DNA from: Collinsella aerofaciens
GTDB lineage: Bacteria > Actinomycetota > Coriobacteriia > Coriobacteriales > Coriobacteriaceae
Assembly (NCBI GenBank): GCA_036301285.1
Contig: JAXJET010000034.1
Location: 841 to 64,840 of the forward strand
DNA: 64,000 nucleotides
Direction of reading: 5' to 3'
Of the stretch, positions 34,159 to 42,260 are shown piece after piece. How positions within the stretch are numbered: the first letter of the stretch is position 1; each line of letters starts with the position of its first letter. The notes under the pieces were generated by a model that saw only the letters and a list, made by a program, of their open reading frames with translations, did no database searches and was not told the origin of the DNA. A program made the position numbers and the translations under genes.

Positions 34159-36012
34159 ATGCCGCTTTTCTCGCAACATACCGCCCGGTTCTCGCCGGAC
34201 GTTCCTTTGGAGGGCACCAGCTCTCGCGAGCTGCTCAAGCGGTACCAGCCGCTCGAGACACTTGCGACCGGCGGTTTTGGCTCCATCGAGATCTGCCGCG
34301 ACACGCACCTGCGCCGCCGCGTCGCCATTAAGCGCATCCCCCTCATCAACGGTGCCGGCATGCCCGCCAGCGACATCATGGATGTCCTGCGCGAGGCGCA
34401 CACTGCCGCCATGCTTCAACATCCCAACATCGTGCAGGTCATCGACTTTACGCACGACACAGCCTATGCCTACCTGGTTATGGAATATGTCGATGGCATG
34501 TCGCTGGCCGAGTTTTTGCACCGCGCGGACGGCCACTCACTTACCTTTGACGAGGCCGCGGCCATTGCCGATGCCCTGGGCCAGGCGCTCACCTTCGCCC
34601 ACAGTAACGGCGTACTCCACCTGGACATTAAGCCCGCCAACGTGCTCATCGACCACTCGGGCAATGTAAAGCTCACCGACTTTGGCATGGCGCGACTGTC
34701 GTCCGCCGGTGGCTTTGGCGGCTCGCGCGGCGGCACCATCGGCTACATGCCGCCCGAGCAGCTCGATATCGAGACCGGCACGGTCGACGAGCGCGCCGAT
34801 GTCTTTGCCCTCGCCTGTGTGATCTACGAGGGCCTGTGCGGCAGCGCTCCCTTTATGGCGGCCACGCCCGCCGACTCGCTCGGCCGCATCATCGGCGGCG
34901 CCACCTATCCCAGCGATCTGATACCACACTTTCCCCCGGGAGCCGAGAGCGCGCTCATGAGTGCGCTCTCCCCCATGCCGCAGGACCGCCCCAACAGCAT
35001 CGAGGCATTTTGCGACCAGCTCCTTGCCGGTCTGGGCAGCGTGCGCGAAGGCCGTCGCAGCCTGGAGCAAATGGTTGGCGAACTTTCGGATGACGAGCAG
35101 GAGCTCGACGATATCGAGCCGTCGCACTACGAGGACGACGCCATCGAGGTCGACCCCGCACTCGGCTGGGCGGGCACGCGCTGGAGCCATGCGCGCGACT
35201 ACACCATGCGCACTATCTCGGCGCTAACGTGCGGCACCTTTAGCTTTTTGCTGATGCAAACGACCGGGGTCGCGGCGCTTCCCGGCCTGGTCATTGCGGC
35301 CATCGCGATCGGAGCGGCGGCTGGCCTGGCCCCCCAGATTGGCTCGGCCATCTCGGCTGTGGGCTTTTTGGTGCTCATGGCCAACGCCACCATACAGGCA
35401 CAGGGCATCCTGTCGATGCTGCCCGTCGCGGTGATCTTTGCCGCCGCCATGTCCGGTTGGTGGATCGCCTGGGGTCGCACCGAGACTGCCACGAGCGCCA
35501 CGCTCACCTGTGCACTCGCGCTTGGCTGTCTGACCGGCAATACCTTCCTGGCAGCTGGGGTCGCCGCCGGCGTCGCGTCATTTTGGCTCGGCCCGGCAAG
35601 CGCCGCCGCGGCAACGGGCATGGGCGCGCTTTTTGCCCGTCTGGCCACGGTCGCGCTTTCAGCCGGAGGCGTGCTGGGGCTCGGTAACGTTGCCGCAGCG
35701 CTGGGAGACCCGCTCCTTTGGGCTGCCTTTGTGCTGGTCGCGGCAACTGCCGCGGCGTCATCTGCGCTGCTCAATGTCCATGCCAAGCGTGCCAATCAGG
35801 GCTCAAACCTTGCCGCAATCGCCGCAATCGCTGTCACCGGCATCGGCTGCGCAGCGGCGTCCTGTCTTGCACACCATATGGAAATTGCCAGCCTTGCAGC
35901 CGCGGTCGTCGCCAAGGCGGCGGTTGCGGGAATCCTATCCTCTATAATCGTTGGGATATGCCTATATTTGCTCGGATACCAAAGAACCTATACGGAGAGT
36001 GATCTTTCGTGA
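34159..36012 (+). CDS. Hanks-type Ser/Thr protein kinase (non-RD, HLD catalytic loop) with a polytopic C-terminal membrane domain
   Basis: Kinase motifs GGFGSI, VAIKRI, HLDIKPANVL, TDFGMA and GYMPPE, followed by about 8 hydrophobic helices. I prefer the ATG at 34159 over the TTG at 34153. Confidence 0.85.
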   Translation: MPLFSQHTARFSPDVPLEGTSSRELLKRYQPLETLATGGFGSIEICRDTHLRRRVAIKRIPLINGAGMPASDIMDVLREAHTAAMLQHPNIVQVIDFTHDTAYAYLVMEYVDGMSLAEFLHRADGHSLTFDEAAAIADALGQALTFAHSNGVLHLDIKPANVLIDHSGNVKLTDFGMARLSSAGGFGGSRGGTIGYMPPEQLDIETGTVDERADVFALACVIYEGLCGSAPFMAATPADSLGRIIGGATYPSDLIPHFPPGAESALMSALSPMPQDRPNSIEAFCDQLLAGLGSVREGRRSLEQMVGELSDDEQELDDIEPSHYEDDAIEVDPALGWAGTRWSHARDYTMRTISALTCGTFSFLLMQTTGVAALPGLVIAAIAIGAAAGLAPQIGSAISAVGFLVLMANATIQAQGILSMLPVAVIFAAAMSGWWIAWGRTETATSATLTCALALGCLTGNTFLAAGVAAGVASFWLGPASAAAATGMGALFARLATVALSAGGVLGLGNVAAALGDPLLWAAFVLVAATAAASSALLNVHAKRANQGSNLAAIAAIAVTGIGCAAASCLAHHMEIASLAAAVVAKAAVAGILSSIIVGICLYLLGYQRTYTESDLS

Positions 36013-37022
36013 ACTTCCTGAACATCTTCGAGGACCACGTGGCCGGCATCTTCGGTGCCACCCGTGCCCCGTTCTCCTTTAAGAAGCTTGCCAAGCAGGC
36101 CGCTCGCGACATGGAGGATCAGACTCTGGTGATCAACGGCGTCAACACGGCGCCGGCACTCTATACCATCCTTATCGCCGCCGACGACGATCCCATGCTC
36201 GCCCCGTTCTACCCCGAGCTTTCGCGCGAGGTCCGCGAGTTCGTGAAGGCGCAGGCCGAAAAGCGCCGCTATGTCTTTGTCGGCGAGCCCCTCGTGCGCT
36301 TTATGATCGATCCGCAGCTGCGCGCCGGCAAGTTCTCGGTCTTTGCCGAGAACGTCGATGCCCCCACGCTCGGCCGCCTGTACGAAGAAGAGCGCGCCTA
36401 TCAGAACGGCCTGGGCCAGAACAACTCCGCGGCAAGCCGTGCCGCCAGCGCCCCGCGCGCCGGCCAGCAGCAGTTTGCTGCCCCGCAGCAGCAGCGCCCC
36501 GCCGCCATGCCCCAGCAGCAGCCGACGCCTCGCGCCGCCGCTCCCGACCCGCTTGCCGTGGCAGACCCCTTCGCGCCTAGCGTCCCCGACCCCGCCGCCG
36601 CACCCATCCCGGTGCCGCAGACCGTCTCGCGCGACGCGCTTGCCGGCATGGGCGGAGCCGCCGCGACCGGTGCCGCCGTGGGCCTAGGCGCCGCAGCCGG
36701 CATCGCCTCCAACATGGCGAGCACTCGCGCCCCGCAGCGCCCGCTCGCCCAGCTCGTCGACGTCGTGAGCGGCGAGAGCCATAGCATCACCTCCGCACAG
36801 GTGACCATCGGTCGCGAGCGCTCAGTTTCCGACATTGCCCTGCGCGACCCCAACGTGTCGCGCCGCCACGCCCAGCTCACCTTTACGGGCTCGGATTGGT
36901 CGATCGAGGACCTCAATTCCACCAACGGCACGCTCGTCAACAACCGCCGCATTACGCGCTGCCCGCTGCGCAACGGCGATCTGCTGACGTTTGGCCTGAG
37001 TACCTTTGAATTTAGGGGATAG
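36009..37022 (+). CDS. fhaA: FhaA-like protein (DUF3662-type N-terminal domain plus C-terminal FHA)
   Basis: The GTG start overlaps the kinase stop. The N-terminus FLNIFEDHVAGIFG is typical of FhaA, followed by a Pro/Ala/Gln linker and an FHA signature (VSRRHAQL...WSIEDLNSTNGTLVN). Confidence 0.85.
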   Translation: MNFLNIFEDHVAGIFGATRAPFSFKKLAKQAARDMEDQTLVINGVNTAPALYTILIAADDDPMLAPFYPELSREVREFVKAQAEKRRYVFVGEPLVRFMIDPQLRAGKFSVFAENVDAPTLGRLYEEERAYQNGLGQNNSAASRAASAPRAGQQQFAAPQQQRPAAMPQQQPTPRAAAPDPLAVADPFAPSVPDPAAAPIPVPQTVSRDALAGMGGAAATGAAVGLGAAAGIASNMASTRAPQRPLAQLVDVVSGESHSITSAQVTIGRERSVSDIALRDPNVSRRHAQLTFTGSDWSIEDLNSTNGTLVNNRRITRCPLRNGDLLTFGLSTFEFRG

Positions 37023-37028
37023 TCGCTT

Positions 37029-37445
37029 ATGAACATCGATATCGTCCTTTTTGCAGGCCGCATCGTCCTGGTCGCCCTGCTCTATATCTTCTTGTTCGCC
37101 GTCATGAAGACCGGCGTGGGACTTGTGCGCGGGCAGCGCCGCGACTCGGCTATCTGGACGATCGATGTGGACAAGGGTCCGCGCGGTATCCGCGGCATCC
37201 ACGTAGACATGCTCGGCCCCGTCATCGTCGGTCGCTCGCCATCTTCGGACATCTGCATCAACGAACCGTTCGTCTCGGCCTCGCATGCGCGCTTTTCGCT
37301 GCAGGGCCCGGCACTCATCATCGAGGACCTCAACTCGCTTAACGGCACGCTCGTCAACGGCCGCCAGCTCGTGGAGCCCGCAACGCTGCGCGAGGGCGAC
37401 GAAGTCCAGATTGGCGACGTGGTCATGAAGGTGAACCGTCGATGA
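37029..37445 (+). CDS. fhaB: FhaB/FipA-like FHA-domain protein with an N-terminal TM segment
   Basis: N-terminal TM segment (IVLFAGRIVLVALLYIFLFAV) plus an FHA signature (VSASHARF...LIIEDLNSLNGTLVNG). Confidence 0.85.
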   Translation: MNIDIVLFAGRIVLVALLYIFLFAVMKTGVGLVRGQRRDSAIWTIDVDKGPRGIRGIHVDMLGPVIVGRSPSSDICINEPFVSASHARFSLQGPALIIEDLNSLNGTLVNGRQLVEPATLREGDEVQIGDVVMKVNRR

Positions 37446-39241
37446 TCGACGAGGAGAACAAGTCCGCAACTATGACCGAGGCACCGGCCGCCACCACAGC
37501 TGCGCCGGCCCACGCCGCTCCGGCAGGCTCCGCACCCGTGGAGCCCGAGGACACCGTGTTCTCCCTGCCTCTTTCGCATGTAACGCATGATATTTCGGAT
37601 CTCGCCGATAACGAGGACGAAGAGGATGCCGTAGCGGCGCCCATCGGCGCACATGCTGCGGAACAGCCCACAGCGCCCGAAGCAACCCCGGCGCCGGCTC
37701 ACTTTGCAGAGCCCGTCGCCGCGGCAATCAACGAGAGCGCTGCGGTGTTTGCGGCACCCGAGCCCGCCGCGCCGGCGTTTCCCATAGCCCCGGCATCCAA
37801 GGTTGCGCCCGCGTCTACGCCGGCGCCCGAGCCTATAGACGTCAGCCCGCAAGATGACGAGTCGACCGCCCGCGTTTCCGAGGAGCCCGACTCCCTGGAC
37901 ACCGGCGATTCCGAATCAAACGCCGTGACCGACACCGTCTCTCCCGGTGACACCGCCGAAATCGACGTTGCCGCCGTTGAGGCCAAGCTCAAAGACCCCG
38001 GCTCGACCATGAGCTTTGAACCCCTGACCGAGGAGCGCATCGAGACCGACTCGACCTATGATGCCGGCACCACCACGCAACTCATGTGGGGCGCCCGCTC
38101 CGACGTTGGCTGCGTGCGCCCGCACAATGAGGATTCCTACCTGGTGCAGTCGCCGCTCTTTTGCGTATGCGACGGCATGGGTGGTCACGCTGCCGGCGAG
38201 GTAGCCTCTTCCATCGCCGTCGAGACTATTGCCAAGACGGCCCCACAGTCCGCCGACGCAGCACGCCTGGCCGCAGCCGTCGAGGCAGCCAACGCCGCCG
38301 TAATCGAGGCGGCCCTGAACGGCCTGGGCAAGCCCGGCATGGGCTGCACAGCCACCTGCGCCTACATCGAAAACGACACGCTCGCCATCGCCCACGTGGG
38401 CGACTCTCGCGCCTATCTGCTCCACGAGGGCACGCTCATCCGCGTGACCCGCGACCACTCCTACGTGGAGGAGCTCGTGGACGCTGGCGAGATCACGGCA
38501 GACGAGGCTCGCGTCCACCCCAACCGTTCGGTCATCACCCGTGCGCTGGGCTCGGGCCCCGCCATGTATGCCGACCACTTCACTCTGCATATCGAGGAAG
38601 GCGACCGTCTGATCCTGTGCTCGGACGGCCTTTCGAGCATGATTCCCGATAGCGATATCGAGAACATCGCCACGCAGTCCTCAACCGCGCAAATCTGCGT
38701 CGACAACCTAGTGGACGCGGCGCTTGCCGCCGGCGGCCACGACAACGTAACCGTAGTAGTCGTTGACCTGGTTGACGATGGCGTTATGCGCGAGGCGCAA
38801 CGCGTGCGTCGCCGCAACGTTACTATCGCCGCCATCCTGGCCCTCGTCTTTGTGCTGGCAGCTGGCATCTGGGCCTACACGGGTGTCACCGGCTCGTACT
38901 ACCTGGGTACCTACCAGGGCAATGTCGCCGTCTGGCGCGGCCTGCCCGGCAAGCCACTCGGACTCAAGCTCCACTGGCTCGAAAGCGAAACCAGCATCAA
39001 GCTGTCCGACCTGCCCGAAGACACGCAAAACCGCCTCAAGGCGGGCATTCCGCAAACAAGTGTCGACGATGCGCAGGACACGATATCCAAGTACCGCCAC
39101 CAGATCGACGAGGAGCAGACCCGCCAGGTGATCGACGCGCAAACGATTCGCGACAACACCAATCAGGGATCGACCTCCGAATCAGATTCCGAAAAAACCG
39201 CCGAACAGTCCGCCGAGGCCGAAGCCTCCGATAAGAATTAG
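37442..39241 (+). CDS. PP2C-family Ser/Thr phosphatase (PstP-like) with a long N-terminal extension and a C-terminal TM segment
   Basis: The PP2C core runs from RSDVGCVRPHNEDS and includes CDGMGGH and GGHDNVTVVVVDL. A TM segment (IAAILALVFVLAAGIWAY) follows. The start at 37442 overlaps the fhaB stop. An alternative internal start lies near 38009. Confidence 0.85.
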   Translation: MIDEENKSATMTEAPAATTAAPAHAAPAGSAPVEPEDTVFSLPLSHVTHDISDLADNEDEEDAVAAPIGAHAAEQPTAPEATPAPAHFAEPVAAAINESAAVFAAPEPAAPAFPIAPASKVAPASTPAPEPIDVSPQDDESTARVSEEPDSLDTGDSESNAVTDTVSPGDTAEIDVAAVEAKLKDPGSTMSFEPLTEERIETDSTYDAGTTTQLMWGARSDVGCVRPHNEDSYLVQSPLFCVCDGMGGHAAGEVASSIAVETIAKTAPQSADAARLAAAVEAANAAVIEAALNGLGKPGMGCTATCAYIENDTLAIAHVGDSRAYLLHEGTLIRVTRDHSYVEELVDAGEITADEARVHPNRSVITRALGSGPAMYADHFTLHIEEGDRLILCSDGLSSMIPDSDIENIATQSSTAQICVDNLVDAALAAGGHDNVTVVVVDLVDDGVMREAQRVRRRNVTIAAILALVFVLAAGIWAYTGVTGSYYLGTYQGNVAVWRGLPGKPLGLKLHWLESETSIKLSDLPEDTQNRLKAGIPQTSVDDAQDTISKYRHQIDEEQTRQVIDAQTIRDNTNQGSTSESDSEKTAEQSAEAEASDKN

Positions 39242-39257
39242 AAAGGGAGTGCCGCTT

Positions 39258-42128
39258 ATGAGTCGCCGCAACACCGAGCTGCTCTTGCTCATCGCCTCGG
39301 CGTTCCCCGTCATCCTGCTGTATGCGATGTACGTCCTCACCGCGGGCGCTGCCATCTCCTTTGAGACGCTCGCCGTACCGATCGGCCTCTTTGCCGCCTT
39401 TGCCGCGGCCCACATTGCCGTGCGCATCTTGGCGCCCGGTGCCGACCCCGCCATCCTGCCCATTGTCTTTGTGCTTTCGGGCATCGGTATCACGTTCGTG
39501 ACGCGTCTCGCACCCGCTCTCGCGATCTCACAGCTCATCATCCTGTTTGTCTCGGTGGCGCTCATGGTGGGAACGCTTGCACTGGTCAAAAACCTCGACG
39601 TGGTCATGCGCTACAAGTACACCTTTGGCATTATCGGCATCATTCTGCTGATGCTGCCTATCTTTATCGGCACCACGATCTCGGGTTCCAAGCTCTGGAT
39701 TCGCATCGCGGGCTTTACCATCCAGCCCGGCGAGTTCGCCAAGGTCTTTATCGTCCTGTTCCTGGCCGGCTACCTGGCCGAGAACCGCGAGCTGCTCTCC
39801 ATCTCCAACCGCAAGATTCTGGGCTTTAAGATCCCTCGCCTGCGACTGCTGCTGCCGCTGTTTGCCGTGTGGGGTGTGTGCCTGCTCGTCGTCGTCTTCG
39901 AACGCGATCTGGGCTCTGCCGTACTGTTCTACACCATCTTCTTGCTGATGCTCTACGTTGCCACGGGGCGCTTTTCGTATGTCGTTATCGGCCTTGCGCT
40001 CTTAGCCGTTGGAGCCGTGGGCGCCTACAAGTTCCTGTCTCACGTTCAGGTGCGTTTCCAGGTTTGGCTCGATCCGTTTAAGGACGCCCAGGGCCAGGGC
40101 TACCAGATCGTCCAGTCGCTCTTCTCGCTTGCCGATGGTGGTCTGGTCGGTGTTGGCATCGGCAACGGCATGGCCAACAACATCCCTGTCGTCGAGTCCG
40201 ACTTTATCTTCTCGGCTATCGGCGAGGAGATGGGCCTTTTGGGCGGCGGCGCCGTGCTCATCCTGTTTATGCTCTTTGCCGTGCGTGGCCTCACCACGGC
40301 TGCCCGCGCTAAATCCGACCTCGCCGCCTTTAGTGCCACAGGCCTTACGGCCGCCATCAGCTTCCAGGCCTTCTTGATCGTTGGCGGCGTAACCCGCCTG
40401 ATCCCGCTGACCGGCGTCACTCTGCCCTTTATGAGCCAGGGCGGCTCCTCTCTGCTGGCGAGCTTTATCATCGTCGCGCTCCTGCTGCGCGCCGGTGACG
40501 AGGCGACCGGACGCGAGGCCGAGCTTACCGGCACCGGCACCATGGCCGCCATCACCGATGATCAGGTCGCATCTGCCGCCGCCCCGACGGGCACGCGCTT
40601 TGCCACCTCGTCTTCCTACGGCAGCGGCAGCCATTCCATCGGCTCGCGTATGCGCCGTCGCCTGCTCGACACGCCTGAATCCGGTGTGCTCGGCCGCGTT
40701 GCGCTCGCCAACCGTCTAACCCGTGCGGTGCTCGCCTTTACGGCGCTGTTCGCCATCCTTATCGGCAACCTCACCTATGTCCAGGTCATCAAGGCCAAGG
40801 ACTATCAGGACATGCCGACCAACAACCACACCATCGCCCGCTCCAAGTACATCCAGCGCGGCTCCATCATCACGTCCGACGGCGTGACGCTGGCCGAGTC
40901 GCTGCAGCAGGAGGACGGCACCTACGTACGCTCCTACCCCAACGGTAACCTGGCAGCGCACGTGGTTGGCTATGTGAGCCAGCAGTATGGCACCACCGCC
41001 ATCGAGAGCGCCATGAACGACACGCTCACCGGCTCTAAGGATTACTCCAGCTGGAACAATGCCATCGCGTCGCTCGCGGGCCAGACCCAACCGGGCAACA
41101 CCGCCAAGCTCACCATCGACTCGCGTATCCAGACGGCGGCCGAGCAGGCACTCAAGGGCTTTAAGGGCGCTGTAGTGGTCATCGACCCGCGTACCGGCGC
41201 GGTGCTCGCATGTGCCAGCTCGCCCACCTACGACAACACCAACATCGATGCCCTGCTGCAGACGGGCGGCGGCGAGGACGGCTCCATGTACAATCGCGCC
41301 ATGGACGCGCTGTACACGCCGGGCTCAACGTTTAAGGTCGTTACGCTTTCCGCGGCACTCGAGACCGGTACCGCCAGCCTTACCAGCACCTACCAGGCGC
41401 CCGGCTCCATGGACATCGGCAACGCACCGGTCACCAACTATGCCAACGAGAGCTACGGCACCATCAGCCTGCAGCAGGCCTTTGCCGTGTCCTCCAACGT
41501 CGTCTTTGGCCAGGTGGCAAACGAAGTTGGCGCAAACACGCTCGTGCAGTTTGCCAACGCCTTTGGCTACGGCCAAAAGCTCGGCCAGGACCTGACCTCC
41601 GCGGCCTCCATCATGGCCGACCCGTCGCTCATGACCGAGTGGGAGACCGCCTGGGCCGGCGCCGGCCAGCCTGTCGGCATGGACCACACGCCCGGCCCGC
41701 AGACCACCGTCATGCAAAACGCCGTGATTGCCGCCGCCATCGCTAACAGCGGCGTGGTCATGGACCCGTACTTTGTAGCCCAGGTACTCGCCCCGGACGG
41801 AACCGTGGTCAAGACCACGCAGTCCCGCTCGCTTGGTCAGGCCGTCAGCTCCGCCACGGCCGACCAGGTCAAGCAGGCCATGCTTGCCGTCGTCCAGTCC
41901 GGCACCGGCACCGATGCCCAAATCCCCGGCGTCAAGGTCGCCGGCAAGACCGGCTCGGCCGAGACTGGCGGCACCAACGTCAACTCGATGTTCGTTGGCT
42001 TTGCACCTTACGATTCACCCACGGTCGCCATCTCGGTGGCCTTGGAGGATTTCGACAAGCATGACGTCAAGGCCGCCAAGATCGCCGGTATCGTCCTGAC
42101 CGCGGCGCTTGCCGCACAGGGAGCGTGA
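39258..42128 (+). CDS. Fused SEDS glycosyltransferase (RodA/FtsW family) and class B penicillin-binding protein (PBP2/PbpA-like transpeptidase)
   Basis: One uninterrupted ORF. The N-terminal ~450 aa form a polytopic SEDS domain (GSKLWI..., QPGEFAK, LPFMSQGGSS). A linker, a new TM segment, a PBP dimerisation region and a transpeptidase follow (STFK, SSN and KTGS(A) motifs). I prefer the ATG at 39258, after RBS GAAAGGGAG, over the GTG at 39249. Confidence 0.85.
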   Translation: MSRRNTELLLLIASAFPVILLYAMYVLTAGAAISFETLAVPIGLFAAFAAAHIAVRILAPGADPAILPIVFVLSGIGITFVTRLAPALAISQLIILFVSVALMVGTLALVKNLDVVMRYKYTFGIIGIILLMLPIFIGTTISGSKLWIRIAGFTIQPGEFAKVFIVLFLAGYLAENRELLSISNRKILGFKIPRLRLLLPLFAVWGVCLLVVVFERDLGSAVLFYTIFLLMLYVATGRFSYVVIGLALLAVGAVGAYKFLSHVQVRFQVWLDPFKDAQGQGYQIVQSLFSLADGGLVGVGIGNGMANNIPVVESDFIFSAIGEEMGLLGGGAVLILFMLFAVRGLTTAARAKSDLAAFSATGLTAAISFQAFLIVGGVTRLIPLTGVTLPFMSQGGSSLLASFIIVALLLRAGDEATGREAELTGTGTMAAITDDQVASAAAPTGTRFATSSSYGSGSHSIGSRMRRRLLDTPESGVLGRVALANRLTRAVLAFTALFAILIGNLTYVQVIKAKDYQDMPTNNHTIARSKYIQRGSIITSDGVTLAESLQQEDGTYVRSYPNGNLAAHVVGYVSQQYGTTAIESAMNDTLTGSKDYSSWNNAIASLAGQTQPGNTAKLTIDSRIQTAAEQALKGFKGAVVVIDPRTGAVLACASSPTYDNTNIDALLQTGGGEDGSMYNRAMDALYTPGSTFKVVTLSAALETGTASLTSTYQAPGSMDIGNAPVTNYANESYGTISLQQAFAVSSNVVFGQVANEVGANTLVQFANAFGYGQKLGQDLTSAASIMADPSLMTEWETAWAGAGQPVGMDHTPGPQTTVMQNAVIAAAIANSGVVMDPYFVAQVLAPDGTVVKTTQSRSLGQAVSSATADQVKQAMLAVVQSGTGTDAQIPGVKVAGKTGSAETGGTNVNSMFVGFAPYDSPTVAISVALEDFDKHDVKAAKIAGIVLTAALAAQGA

Positions 42129-42260
42129 TGCCCATGATCGAATCGGACACCCGAGGCGCGCCGCGGCCTAAGGGTTAGCGGCAACGCGTCACACGGCCCC
42201 AGCGGCCACATCGTAGGTACTACACACATCGTTGAGCGAATAGTTATGTTAGGAGCAGGA

